DNA of 64,000 nucleotides, taken from contig NZ_JASJCS010000008.1 of NCBI RefSeq assembly GCF_030065885.1, positions 12,067-76,066 on the forward strand, written 5' to 3'. Below, piece after piece: positions 39,021-48,118 of the stretch (its first letter is position 1; each line of letters starts with the position of its first letter). The position numbers were made by a program, and so were the translations under genes. A model generated the notes under the pieces. It had not been told where the DNA came from and did not search any database. It was given only the letters and a program-made list of their open reading frames with translations. This stretch comes from Ilumatobacter sp. (GTDB lineage: Bacteria > Actinomycetota > Acidimicrobiia > Acidimicrobiales > Ilumatobacteraceae).

Positions 39021-40436
39021 ACCCTCCTGGTCAGCAGGCGCTCGACCACCTCCGAGCTTCGTCTTCTGGACCTTGCCCAGCGCGTTGCGGGGCAGCGCGG
39101 CGACATGCCGGATCTCACGCGGACGTTTGTGCACCGACAACGAGCCGGCGACGTGGTCGATCAACGCGTCGGCGTCGACGCCGTCGGCGACCACGTAGGC
39201 GACGATGCGCTCCCCCAGGTCGTCGTCCGGCTGGCCGACGACGGCCGCCTCGGCGACCGCCGGGTGCGAGAGCAGCGCCGACTCGACCTCGGCTGCGCCG
39301 ACCTTGTACCCGCCCGACTTGATGATGTCGATCGACGCCCGCCCGGCAATGCGGTGGAACCCGTCGTCGCCGATCGTCGCGGCGTCGCCGGTGACGAACC
39401 AGCCGTCGTCGGTGAACGACTCGGCGGTCTTCTCCGGCTGGTGGAGGTAGCCGTCGAACAGGGTCGCGCCACGCACCTCGAGGCCACCGATGGTCTCGCC
39501 GTCGTGGGGCACCGGGTCGCCACGGTCGTCGCGCAGCCGCGTCTCGACCCCGGCGATCGGCACGCCGACGTGGCCCGGGCGCCGCTCGCCGTCGTGGCGC
39601 GTCGAGAGCGTGATGAGCGTCTCGGTCATGCCGTATCGCTCGACGGGCGCCTGGCCCGTCAGCGAGCGCAGCGACTCGAAGACGGGCACGGGCAACGCGG
39701 CACTCCCCGAGACGAGGAGCCGCGCCGATGCGAGCGAGCGGGCGTGGTCGAGCGCCGCCGTGAGCCGCGACCACACGGTCGGCACGCCGAAGTAGAGCGT
39801 GCCACCCGCCGCCGCGTAGCGCTCGGGGGTCGACCGGCCGGTGTGGACGAGGCGCGATCCGACCCGCAGCGCGCCGAGCACGCCGAGGATCAGTCCGTGC
39901 ACGTGGAACAGCGGCAGACCGTGCACCAGTCGGTCATCGGGCGTCCAGCCCCACGCATCGGCGAGTCCGTCGAGTCCGGCGGCGATGGCGCGCCGCGGGA
40001 TCACCGCGCCCTTCGGCAGGCCGGTCGTTCCCGAGGTGTACATGATCAGCGCAGGCGCCTCGCTCGCCACCTCGGCCGAGACACCGGCGGGCCGGATCGG
40101 CACGGGGATCCGGTCGAGGGTCACCTCGGGCCAGTCGGGGTCGCCGATGACGAGTGTCGCGCCGGAGTCGGCGAGCACGTGGTCGCGCTCCATCGGGCCG
40201 GCGTCGGCGGCGACCGGGACGACGGGCACCCCGGCTCGGATGCCTGCCACGACGGCGATCACGGTGTCCAACGAGGGTGCGCCGTGCACCGCGATCGCCG
40301 GCGCGCCGGCGATGCGAGCGACGAGCGCGTCGGCGCGACCGGCGAGCCGCTCCCAGGTGGCCGACTCGCCGTCGACGACCACGGCGTCGGGCGCGTCGGG
40401 ATGCGATCCGTGGAGCGCTGGCAGCAGACCGGTCAT
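39018..40436 (-). CDS. Acyl-CoA synthetase (MatB/ACSF3-like)
   Basis: YTSGTTGLPKG, LPLFHVHG, ERYGMTE, SGGYKV, PRNALGKVQK. Confidence 0.88.
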   Translation of the reverse strand: MTGLLPALHGSHPDAPDAVVVDGESATWERLAGRADALVARIAGAPAIAVHGAPSLDTVIAVVAGIRAGVPVVPVAADAGPMERDHVLADSGATLVIGDPDWPEVTLDRIPVPIRPAGVSAEVASEAPALIMYTSGTTGLPKGAVIPRRAIAAGLDGLADAWGWTPDDRLVHGLPLFHVHGLILGVLGALRVGSRLVHTGRSTPERYAAAGGTLYFGVPTVWSRLTAALDHARSLASARLLVSGSAALPVPVFESLRSLTGQAPVERYGMTETLITLSTRHDGERRPGHVGVPIAGVETRLRDDRGDPVPHDGETIGGLEVRGATLFDGYLHQPEKTAESFTDDGWFVTGDAATIGDDGFHRIAGRASIDIIKSGGYKVGAAEVESALLSHPAVAEAAVVGQPDDDLGERIVAYVVADGVDADALIDHVAGSLSVHKRPREIRHVAALPRNALGKVQKTKLGGGRAPADQEG

Positions 40437-40510
40437 CGACTCATGGTCGTCGGCCGATCACGACGCCCGCAACCGGGACACGGGCTCGCAGTCTCCGCCC
40501 GACCCACATC

Positions 40511-40552
40511 ATGACACGATCGGAAGCCTGGACAAGGGAATTGGTGTGTCAT
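40511..40552. promoter_or_regulatory. Putative PaaX operator
   Basis: ATGACAC-N28-GTGTCAT inverted repeat overlapping the paaA promoter (TAGACT). Confidence 0.55.
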
Positions 40553-40565
40553 AGACTGACGGGTC

Positions 40566-41519
40566 ATGGACGCCGAGCGGTCACAGGCCCACTTCGACGC
40601 GCTGATCGACGCCGACGAGCGCATCGAACCCCGCGACTGGATGCCCGAGGAGTATCGCAAGACCCTCGTCCGCCAGATCGCGCAGCACGCCCACTCAGAA
40701 GTCATCGGCATGCAGCCAGAGGGCAACTGGCTCACGCGTGCACCGTCGCTGCGCCGCAAAGCGATCCTCACCGCCAAGGTGCAGGACGAGGCCGGCCACG
40801 GGCTCTACCTCTACGGCGCCGCCGAGACGCTCGGCACGCCACGCGAGGAACTGCTCGACCTCCTCCACGCCGGTCGCCAGAAGTACTCCTCGATCTTCAA
40901 CTACCCCACGCTCACCTGGGCCGACGTCGGTGCGATCGGCTGGCTGGTCGACGGCGCAGCGATCATGAACCAGGTGCCCCTGTGCCGCTGCTCCTACGGG
41001 CCGTACGCGCGGGCGATGATCCGCATCTGCAAGGAGGAGAGCTTCCACCAGCGGCAGGGGTACCAGATCATGCTGACGCTCGCCGAGGGCACACCCGAGC
41101 AACGGGCGATGGCGCAGGACGCACTCGACCGCTGGTGGTGGCCGTCGATCATGATGTTCGGACCACCGGACGCCGAGTCGGTGCACGGCGACCAGAACAT
41201 GCGCTGGGGCATCAAGCGGTTCGGCAACGACGAGCTCCGCCAGCGCTTCATCGACGCCACGGTGCCGCAGGCCGACCTGCTCGGGCTGACGGTCCCCGAC
41301 CCCGAGCTCCGGTTCGACGAGGAGACCGGCCACTACGTGCACGGTCCGATCGATTGGGATCACTTCTGGACCGTGGTGAAGGGCGACGGGCCGTGCAACC
41401 GCGAGCGGATGGCGACCAGGGTCGGCGCCCACGACGGCGGCGCATGGGTCCGCGAGGCGGCCACCGCCTACGCCGAGAAGCGGGCCACCCGCGCTGGGCG
41501 TGAAGGAGCTGCCGCGTGA
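40566..41519 (+). CDS. paaA: Phenylacetyl-CoA epoxidase subunit A
   Basis: [40 protein letters not shown]. Confidence 0.96.
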   Translation: MDAERSQAHFDALIDADERIEPRDWMPEEYRKTLVRQIAQHAHSEVIGMQPEGNWLTRAPSLRRKAILTAKVQDEAGHGLYLYGAAETLGTPREELLDLLHAGRQKYSSIFNYPTLTWADVGAIGWLVDGAAIMNQVPLCRCSYGPYARAMIRICKEESFHQRQGYQIMLTLAEGTPEQRAMAQDALDRWWWPSIMMFGPPDAESVHGDQNMRWGIKRFGNDELRQRFIDATVPQADLLGLTVPDPELRFDEETGHYVHGPIDWDHFWTVVKGDGPCNRERMATRVGAHDGGAWVREAATAYAEKRATRAGREGAAA

Positions 41520-41809
41520 CCGGCAGCACGTCCGACTGGCCGCTCTGGGAGGTGTTCGTCCGCCCCAAGCGCGGCGTCAGCCACGTCCACAGCGGCACGG
41601 TGCACGCGCCCGACGCCGAGCTCGCGCTCCAGAACGCCCGCGACCTGTTCACGCGGCGGTCCGAAGGCGTGAGCATCTGGGTCGTGAAGTCGAGCGACGT
41701 CACCGCCAGCGACCCCGACGAGCGCGACGCGTTCTTCGACCCGGCGGGCGACAAGTCGTTCCGACACCCGACCGACTTCGAGCTGCCCGACGAAGTCGCC
41801 AACATGTGA
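41516..41809 (+). CDS. paaB: Phenylacetyl-CoA epoxidase subunit B
   Basis: [31 protein letters not shown]. Confidence 0.95.
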   Translation: MTGSTSDWPLWEVFVRPKRGVSHVHSGTVHAPDAELALQNARDLFTRRSEGVSIWVVKSSDVTASDPDERDAFFDPAGDKSFRHPTDFELPDEVANM

Positions 41810-41819
41810 GCGGTCCGCC

Positions 41820-42611
41820 ATGCGCCCCGACACCCCTCCCCCGCCGCCCGATCACCTGCTGACGTACGTCCTCCGCCAGGGCGATCGTGCGCTGATCCTC
41901 GCCCAGCGGCTGCTCGAGGCGATCACGCACGCGCCCGAGATCGAGGAGGACATGGCGCTGTCGAACCTCGCCCTCGACCTGATCGGTCAGGCCCGGGCGC
42001 TGTACACGTACGCCGGCGAGGTCCAGGGCCCGGTCGACGGCGTCGTCCACGACGAGGACCACTACGCCTACACGCGCGACCCGCATGAGTTCCTCAACCC
42101 GCTCCTCGTCGAGCAGCCCAACGGCGATTTCGCCCAGCTGATCGTGCGGCAGTTCCTCCACGACGCCTGGGCGTTCTTCTACTGGCGGAGCATGGAGCAC
42201 TCGACCGACGAGACCCTCCGTGCGCTCGCCGGCAAGGCGGTCAAGGAGACGACCTACCACCTCCGCCACTCGCGCAGCTGGGTGGTGCGCCTCGGCGACG
42301 GCACCGAGGAGAGCCACCAGCGGGCGCAGGCTGCGCTCGACGGGCTGTGGCGCTACACCGGCGAGCTGTTCGACAGCGACGAGGTCGAGGAGGCGCTCGT
42401 CACAGCGGGCGTCATCCACCCGCCGGCCGAGACGCTGTCCGAGCCGTGGCGCGGCACCGTGGCGAACGCACTCGAGGAGGCGACCTTGACGGTGCCCGAC
42501 GACGGGGTGATGCACCGGGGCGGCCGCACCGGCACCCACACCGAGGCGTTCTCGTACCTCATCGGTGAGCTGCAGGTCGTCGCACGCGCCCATCCGGGGG
42601 CCTCGTGGTGA
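41820..42611 (+). CDS. paaC: Phenylacetyl-CoA epoxidase subunit C
   Basis: APEIEEDMALSNLALDLIGQAR, LVEQPNGDFA, RLGDGTEESH, HPGASW. Confidence 0.95.
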   Translation: MRPDTPPPPPDHLLTYVLRQGDRALILAQRLLEAITHAPEIEEDMALSNLALDLIGQARALYTYAGEVQGPVDGVVHDEDHYAYTRDPHEFLNPLLVEQPNGDFAQLIVRQFLHDAWAFFYWRSMEHSTDETLRALAGKAVKETTYHLRHSRSWVVRLGDGTEESHQRAQAALDGLWRYTGELFDSDEVEEALVTAGVIHPPAETLSEPWRGTVANALEEATLTVPDDGVMHRGGRTGTHTEAFSYLIGELQVVARAHPGASW

Positions 42612-43090
42612 CGATGATCGACGCCCAGGGCCTGGACGAGCTCGTCCGCGACATCGAGGACCCCGAGCTGCCGCACGTGACGATCGGCGACCTCGGCATC
42701 GTGCGCGACGTGACGATCGACCACGGCACGGCGACCGTGCTGCTCACCCCCACATACACCGGCTGCCCGGCCACCGACCAGATCCGCGACGACGTCACGA
42801 CCGTCGTGCGCGACGCCGGCTACGAGCCCGACGTGCGGCTCGTGATGAGCCCGGCCTGGAGCACGGACTGGATCAGCGAGCGTGGGCGCGAGCGGCTCCG
42901 CCTCGCCGGCATCGCTCCCCCGTCACCCGTCGCCGACCAGGGTGCGACGCCGGTCGAGCCGCCGGTCGCCTGCCCGCGCTGCGGCTCGCGGCGTTCGCGG
43001 CTGATCTCCGAGTTCGGCGCGACGGCGTGCAAGGCCGCCTACGTGTGCGAGGCCTGCTCCGAGCCCTTCGAGCACTTCAAACCGCTGTGA
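42608..43090 (+). CDS. paaD: Phenylacetyl-CoA epoxidase subunit D (PaaD/PaaJ)
   Basis: DPELP, TPTYTGCPA, CPRCGS, FGATACKA, EPFEHFK. Confidence 0.93.
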   Translation: MTMIDAQGLDELVRDIEDPELPHVTIGDLGIVRDVTIDHGTATVLLTPTYTGCPATDQIRDDVTTVVRDAGYEPDVRLVMSPAWSTDWISERGRERLRLAGIAPPSPVADQGATPVEPPVACPRCGSRRSRLISEFGATACKAAYVCEACSEPFEHFKPL

Positions 43091-44187
43091 CCGCGACCGA
43101 CACCGACACCGGCGCTGCGCCACTCGACGACGGCTTCCGGCCGCTGCGCGTCGCCGCCATCGACCACGACACCGACGACAGCGTCGTGGTCACGTTCGAT
43201 CGTGGCGACCAGCGCCTGCGCTTCGAGCACGGCCAGCACCTGACGCTGCGTCGCGAGTTCGACGGGGTCGAGCTGCGGCGGAGCTACTCGATCTGCTCGC
43301 GGGCACCCGACGGCCCGCTCCGCGTGGCGATCCGCCGCGTGCCGGGCGGCGTGTTCTCGACCTGGGCGTCGACCGAACTGCAGGTCGGCGACGAGATCGA
43401 CGCACTCCCGCCGCTCGGCCACTTCACGCACCGGATCGACCCGGCGGTCGCCCGCTCGTACGCGGCGCTCGCCGCCGGCAGCGGCATCACGCCGATCCTG
43501 TCGATCGTGTCGACGATCCTCGCCGCCGAGCCGCTCTCGCAGGTCTCGTTGCTGTACGTCAACCGCACGAGCCGCTCGGCGATGCTGCTCGACGAGCTGC
43601 TCGACGTCCGCGATCGCCACCTCGGCCGGTTGTCGATCGCGTTTGCGTTCACTCGCGAGGACACCGGCGGCGACCTGCTGTCGGGCCGGCCCGACCGCCA
43701 GCGGGTCGAGCACTGGATCGACGCCGGGTTCCTGCCGGCCGACGCCGACCACGCCTTCCTGTGCGGGCCGATCGAGCTGACCACTGACGTCAGGGAGGCG
43801 CTGGTCGAGGCGGGCCTGCCGATCGATCGCATCCACCGCGAGATCTTCACGACCAAGCAGCAGGGAACCGCCACGCTCGCCCCGCAGGAGATCAGCGAGG
43901 ACTCGGTCGCCGTCGCGACCGGTCGCGCCACGCTGCACGGCCGCACGACCGAGTTCGACCTCTACGAGGGCGACTCCGTCCTCGATGCGGTGCAGCGCGT
44001 GCGCCCCGACGCACCGTTCTCGTGTCGGAGCGGGGTGTGCTCGACCTGCCAGGCGGTCGTCGTCGACGGTGCGGTCGACATGGCGGTGAACTACGGGCTG
44101 ACGGACGACGAGGTCGGCCGCGGCTACGTACTGACCTGTCAATCGACGCCGACGACCGACCACGTCGACGTCGACTACGACACCTGA
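43087..44187 (+). CDS. paaE: Phenylacetyl-CoA epoxidase reductase subunit (FNR + 2Fe-2S)
   Basis: RRSYSIC, AGSGITP, CGP, CRSGVCSTC, LTCQ. Confidence 0.93.
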   Translation: MTATDTDTGAAPLDDGFRPLRVAAIDHDTDDSVVVTFDRGDQRLRFEHGQHLTLRREFDGVELRRSYSICSRAPDGPLRVAIRRVPGGVFSTWASTELQVGDEIDALPPLGHFTHRIDPAVARSYAALAAGSGITPILSIVSTILAAEPLSQVSLLYVNRTSRSAMLLDELLDVRDRHLGRLSIAFAFTREDTGGDLLSGRPDRQRVEHWIDAGFLPADADHAFLCGPIELTTDVREALVEAGLPIDRIHREIFTTKQQGTATLAPQEISEDSVAVATGRATLHGRTTEFDLYEGDSVLDAVQRVRPDAPFSCRSGVCSTCQAVVVDGAVDMAVNYGLTDDEVGRGYVLTCQSTPTTDHVDVDYDT

Positions 44188-44192
44188 AACGA

Positions 44193-45110
44193 CTACGACA
44201 CCCGAAACCGATCGAGTAGTCCCGGCGCCCCGGACCCGAGCGGTGGCACGACGGTGGACAGCAGGCGCTGCTCGCTCGCGGCTGCGACCGAGCGGTAGAC
44301 GGCACCTGCGACGTGCCGGGCCCGGGTGCCGATCCAGTCGGCCGGCAACAGCTCGGCCGGCAGCTGCGGGTCGGCGAGTGCGATCCGGCGGAACGACGCG
44401 ACCAGCAACGTGCGGAGCTTGAACGCATCCTCGGGCGCCAAGGAGCCGGCGTCCGCGAACGGCTCGAACCGGTCGGTGAATGCCCGGTAGAGCTGCGCCA
44501 GGTCGTCGAGCGGTGCGCACCGCCTGGCGAGCCGCTCGGCACCGAGCGTGCCCTCGCCGTCGACGACCTCCGACCGCGACACGAGCACGTGCTCGAAGCC
44601 GCCCACTCGGGCGACCACGCCGGCCGCGACGTCGGCGGGCACGACCGGCGACGCGAGCACGTTCGGGCCGACCACGCCGAGCCCGGCCCACGTCAGCTCC
44701 TGACGCAGCCGCGCCCGCTGCTTGGGCGTCGACTCGGCACCGTCGATCACCACCAGGGTCCACGAACCGTCCCACGCGGTGGGCGTCGACCCGTAGATGC
44801 GTGCGTCGGCCTGCGCGAACAGGTCCCGCGCGGTGTCGGCGACGCGATAGAAGCTCCGCCGACCCTCGACGTGCGTGTCGAGCAGCCCGTCCTTGACGAG
44901 CCGGCTCAGCGACGTGCGGACGAGCCGCTCGCTGGCGCCGAACGCACCGAGGAGCACCGCCAGTGCACGGACCGAGACCGACGTCGACGGGCCGTGCGGG
45001 AGCAGCGCATCGCCGAACACCGTCACCAGCAGGTTGCGTGCGCTCGGTGCGCCGTTCGAGCATTCGGCGGCGCGCAGGTCGCGGAGGGCGGCGGCGCTCG
45101 GCGAGCTCAC
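44193..45110 (-). CDS. paaX: PaaX transcriptional repressor
   Basis: SARNLLVTVFGD, VRTSLSRL, WDGSW, DPQLPAELLPADW. Confidence 0.9.
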   Translation of the reverse strand: MSSPSAAALRDLRAAECSNGAPSARNLLVTVFGDALLPHGPSTSVSVRALAVLLGAFGASERLVRTSLSRLVKDGLLDTHVEGRRSFYRVADTARDLFAQADARIYGSTPTAWDGSWTLVVIDGAESTPKQRARLRQELTWAGLGVVGPNVLASPVVPADVAAGVVARVGGFEHVLVSRSEVVDGEGTLGAERLARRCAPLDDLAQLYRAFTDRFEPFADAGSLAPEDAFKLRTLLVASFRRIALADPQLPAELLPADWIGTRARHVAGAVYRSVAAASEQRLLSTVVPPLGSGAPGLLDRFRVS

Positions 45111-45469
45111 GTGTCGTACACGAGGCAGAACTCGTTCCCCTCGGGGTCGGCGAGCACCATCCACTTCGTGCCGACCTCGACGATCAGCTCGGTGATGGGA
45201 CTCGCACCGAGACCGACGAGGCGCTCGGCCTCGGCCTCGATCTCGTCGCCGACGATGATGTCGAGGTGGAGCCGGTTCTTGGTCGCGGTCTGCGGTTCGG
45301 GCACCTGCTGGAACACGAGCTTCAGGCCGGTCGAACCGGCCGGCGGTACGGCCGAGCGGTACGGGCCGGCCGCACCGAACGGCTCGTACCCCATGGCGGC
45401 GACCCAGAACTCGCGCAGTGCGTCGGGGTCGGCAGCGTCGATCACGATCGCGAGCTGACGGCTGGCCAT
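45107..45469 (-). CDS. VOC/glyoxalase family protein
   Basis: KNRLHLD, DPEGNEFC. Confidence 0.9.
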   Translation of the reverse strand: MASRQLAIVIDAADPDALREFWVAAMGYEPFGAAGPYRSAVPPAGSTGLKLVFQQVPEPQTATKNRLHLDIIVGDEIEAEAERLVGLGASPITELIVEVGTKWMVLADPEGNEFCLVYDT

Positions 45470-45498
45470 ACCCGAACGGTAGCCAGGAGGGCGCCGTC

Positions 45499-45906
45499 TC
45501 AGCCGTCCATCTCGATCGAGACGATCCGGTAGCTCGGCACGCCGGTCACCTCGTACTCGGGGGCCTCGAGCGCTGCCGAGACCCTCGGCCCGGCGAGCAG
45601 GTCGTCGCGCGTCAAGCCGGCGGCGCGGACGATCTCGGCCTCGAGCTCGATGAGCACCTCGCCCTCGTCGGTGCTGATCGAGCCGAAGTTGATCTCGGAG
45701 AGCTCGTCGCTGCCGACCGGTCCCTCCTCGACGGTGATCTCCAGGCGGCCGGTCACCGTCGCGGGAGGCTCGACCTCGACGAACGTCACGGCGCCCTCAC
45801 CGATCAACCTGCCGGCGGCACCACCGCCGCTCGCATCATCGTCGTCATCACCCCCGCACGCCACCACTACCAGGGTCGTCAGTACCACCACTCCGAGACG
45901 CCGCAT
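45499..45906 (-). CDS. Hypothetical lipoprotein
   Basis: MRRLGVVVLTTLVVVAC lipobox, acidic body. Confidence 0.65.
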   Translation of the reverse strand: MRRLGVVVLTTLVVVACGGDDDDDASGGGAAGRLIGEGAVTFVEVEPPATVTGRLEITVEEGPVGSDELSEINFGSISTDEGEVLIELEAEIVRAAGLTRDDLLAGPRVSAALEAPEYEVTGVPSYRIVSIEMDG

Positions 45907-45916
45907 CAGCTCGACG

Positions 45917-47215
45917 CTAGCGAGCGGCGGCCTTGACGGCCTGATAGCGAGCGAGCGCCTCGCGCCGTTCGGCGGCGTGGTCGACCATCGGCGCCGGGTA
46001 GTCCGAGCTGTCGAGCTCGGGGATCCACCGGCGGACGTACTCGCCGGTCGGATCCCACCGCTCCTGCTGCGCCGTCGGGTTGAACACCCGGAAGTAGGGC
46101 GACGCGTCGGTGCCGGTGCCGGCCGCCCACTGCCACCCGTGGTTGTTCGAGGCCAGGTCGCCGTCGAGCAGGTGCTGCATGAACCAGCGCGCACCCCACT
46201 GCCACGGGAGATGGAGGTCCTTGACGAGGAAGCTGGCGACGATCATCCGGACCCGGTTGTGCATCCAGCCCGTTGTTGCGAGCTGGCGCATCCCGGCGTC
46301 GACGATCGGGAAGCCGGTCCGGCCCTCGCACCACCGCTCGAACTTCGTGCGAGCCGCGGCACCCGTGTCGAGGTCGATCCGGTCGAAGCGGCGGTCGAGG
46401 TTCTCCCACGCCGTGTCGGGCCGGCGGAGCAGCACGTCGGCGTAGAAGTCACGCCACGCCAGCTCGGACTGGAACACCCGGTGCCCGTCGATCGACGGGT
46501 CCGACTCGACGAGCAGCCGGCGCGGGTGCAGCACGCCGTACTTCAGCAACGGTGACAGCCGGCTGGTGCCGTCGACGGCGGGCAGGTCGCGACGATCGGC
46601 GTAGCCGTCGAGGCCCGCGGCGCGGAACTCCTGCCAGCGTGCGCCGGCCGCCGCCGGATCGGGCACCTCGAGCTCGATCTCGGGGCGCTCGGGCAGCGGG
46701 TCGGACGGTGCCTCGATCCACCCGGGATCTGCTGGCGCATCGATCGGGTCGGCCCAGCCGGTGGCGCGCCACCGCTTCGAGAACGGCGTGAAGACGGCGT
46801 AGGCGCCGCCGTCGTCCTTGCGCACCGTGCCGGGCTCGACCGCGTACGGCGACCCGACGCCGCGCAGCCGACGGCCACCGGCCCGGAGAGCATCGGCAAC
46901 CGCCGCGTCACGCGCCCGGCCGTAGGGGCCGGCGTCCTTCGAGACGTACACGGTCGTCGCGCCAACCTCTTCGGCCACGCCGGTGATGATGTCCACCGGG
47001 TCACCGTGCCGCAGGACGAGCGCTCCGCCGGTGGCGTCGCGGAGCGCGGCGAGGCAGTCGTGCAGCAGCGCGCGGCGCGGTTGCCCGGCCGATGCGAACG
47101 CCGGGTCGACGACGAACAGCGGCAACACCTCGCCCACCGCGCACGCTTCGGCCAGCGCCGGATGGTCGTCGACACGCAGGTCGCGCCGGAACCACATGAT
47201 CGATCGGTCGGCCAC
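45917..47215 (-). CDS. phrB: Deoxyribodipyrimidine photolyase
   Basis: WFRRDLRVDDH, TSRLSP, WRDFY, TGFPIVDAGMRQL, GWMHNRVRM, YFRVFNP. Confidence 0.92.
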   Translation of the reverse strand: MADRSIMWFRRDLRVDDHPALAEACAVGEVLPLFVVDPAFASAGQPRRALLHDCLAALRDATGGALVLRHGDPVDIITGVAEEVGATTVYVSKDAGPYGRARDAAVADALRAGGRRLRGVGSPYAVEPGTVRKDDGGAYAVFTPFSKRWRATGWADPIDAPADPGWIEAPSDPLPERPEIELEVPDPAAAGARWQEFRAAGLDGYADRRDLPAVDGTSRLSPLLKYGVLHPRRLLVESDPSIDGHRVFQSELAWRDFYADVLLRRPDTAWENLDRRFDRIDLDTGAAARTKFERWCEGRTGFPIVDAGMRQLATTGWMHNRVRMIVASFLVKDLHLPWQWGARWFMQHLLDGDLASNNHGWQWAAGTGTDASPYFRVFNPTAQQERWDPTGEYVRRWIPELDSSDYPAPMVDHAAERREALARYQAVKAAAR

Positions 47216-47368
47216 CGGAACAGTGTGATCGCCGAGCGACGCGAACGCGCGGTCGAGCAGTCGACCCGGCGACCCGGCGACCCGGCAACCCAGGGTGACC
47301 TCCGGCCCTAGGAGAGGCCCCCGGCGAGGCGAACGATTGGGGTGAGAGATGCGCGCGAGGTGAGTGGC

Positions 47369-48118
47369 ATGCAGCCCGACATCGATGCAGCGGCGGCGGC
47401 GACCGCGGCGACGGGACGGGACGGCGGAGCGGACACCGAGGTGGTGATCGCGCTGCGGGGCGTCGAGCGGGTGTACCGGTCGGGGCACCTCGACTACCTG
47501 GCGTTGCGCGGGGTCGACCTCACGGTCGACGCCGGCGAGATGGTCGCCATCGCCGGGCCGAGCGGCAGCGGGAAGTCGACCGTGCTCAACATCATGACGG
47601 GCATCGACCGCCCGACGTCCGGCTCGGTCACGGTGGGCGGACGCGAGCTCGACTCGATGAGCGAGGACGAGTTGGCGGTCTGGCGCGGCGAGCACGTCGG
47701 GATCGTGTTCCAGTTCTTCCAGCTGCTCCCGACGCTCACCGCACTCGAGAACACGATGCTGCCGCTGGACTTCGCGCGCCGGGGCAGCGTGGAGGAGCGG
47801 CTGACCACCGCGAACGAGCGACTCGAGCTGGTCGGCCTGGGCGATCGGGTGGATCGGTTCCCGAGCGAGCTGTCGGGCGGCGAGCAGCAGCGGGTGGCGA
47901 TCGCGCGGGCGATGGCATGCGATCCGTTGCTGCTGGTCGCGGACGAGCCGACGGGCAACCTCGACAGCGAGACCGCCTCGGCGATGCTCGACGTGTTGCA
48001 GTCGGTGAACCGCACCGGCACCACCGTCGTGTACGTCACCCACGACGTCACGCTCGGTGCGCGCGCCGGCCGCGTGGTGACGCTGCGTGACGGCGTCGTC
48101 GTGGACGACGGGCGATGA
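47369..48118 (+). CDS. ABC transporter ATP-binding protein (LolD/MacB-like)
   Basis: GPSGSGKST, FQFFQL, LSGGEQQR, ADEPTGNLD. Confidence 0.92.
   Translation: MQPDIDAAAAATAATGRDGGADTEVVIALRGVERVYRSGHLDYLALRGVDLTVDAGEMVAIAGPSGSGKSTVLNIMTGIDRPTSGSVTVGGRELDSMSEDELAVWRGEHVGIVFQFFQLLPTLTALENTMLPLDFARRGSVEERLTTANERLELVGLGDRVDRFPSELSGGEQQRVAIARAMACDPLLLVADEPTGNLDSETASAMLDVLQSVNRTGTTVVYVTHDVTLGARAGRVVTLRDGVVVDDGR

Noticed and set aside
41806-41862. Possible frameshift at the paaC start (GTG overlapping the paaB stop is out of frame, C-rich tract)
   Set aside because: An in-frame ATG at 41820 yields a complete PaaC, so no frameshift is needed.
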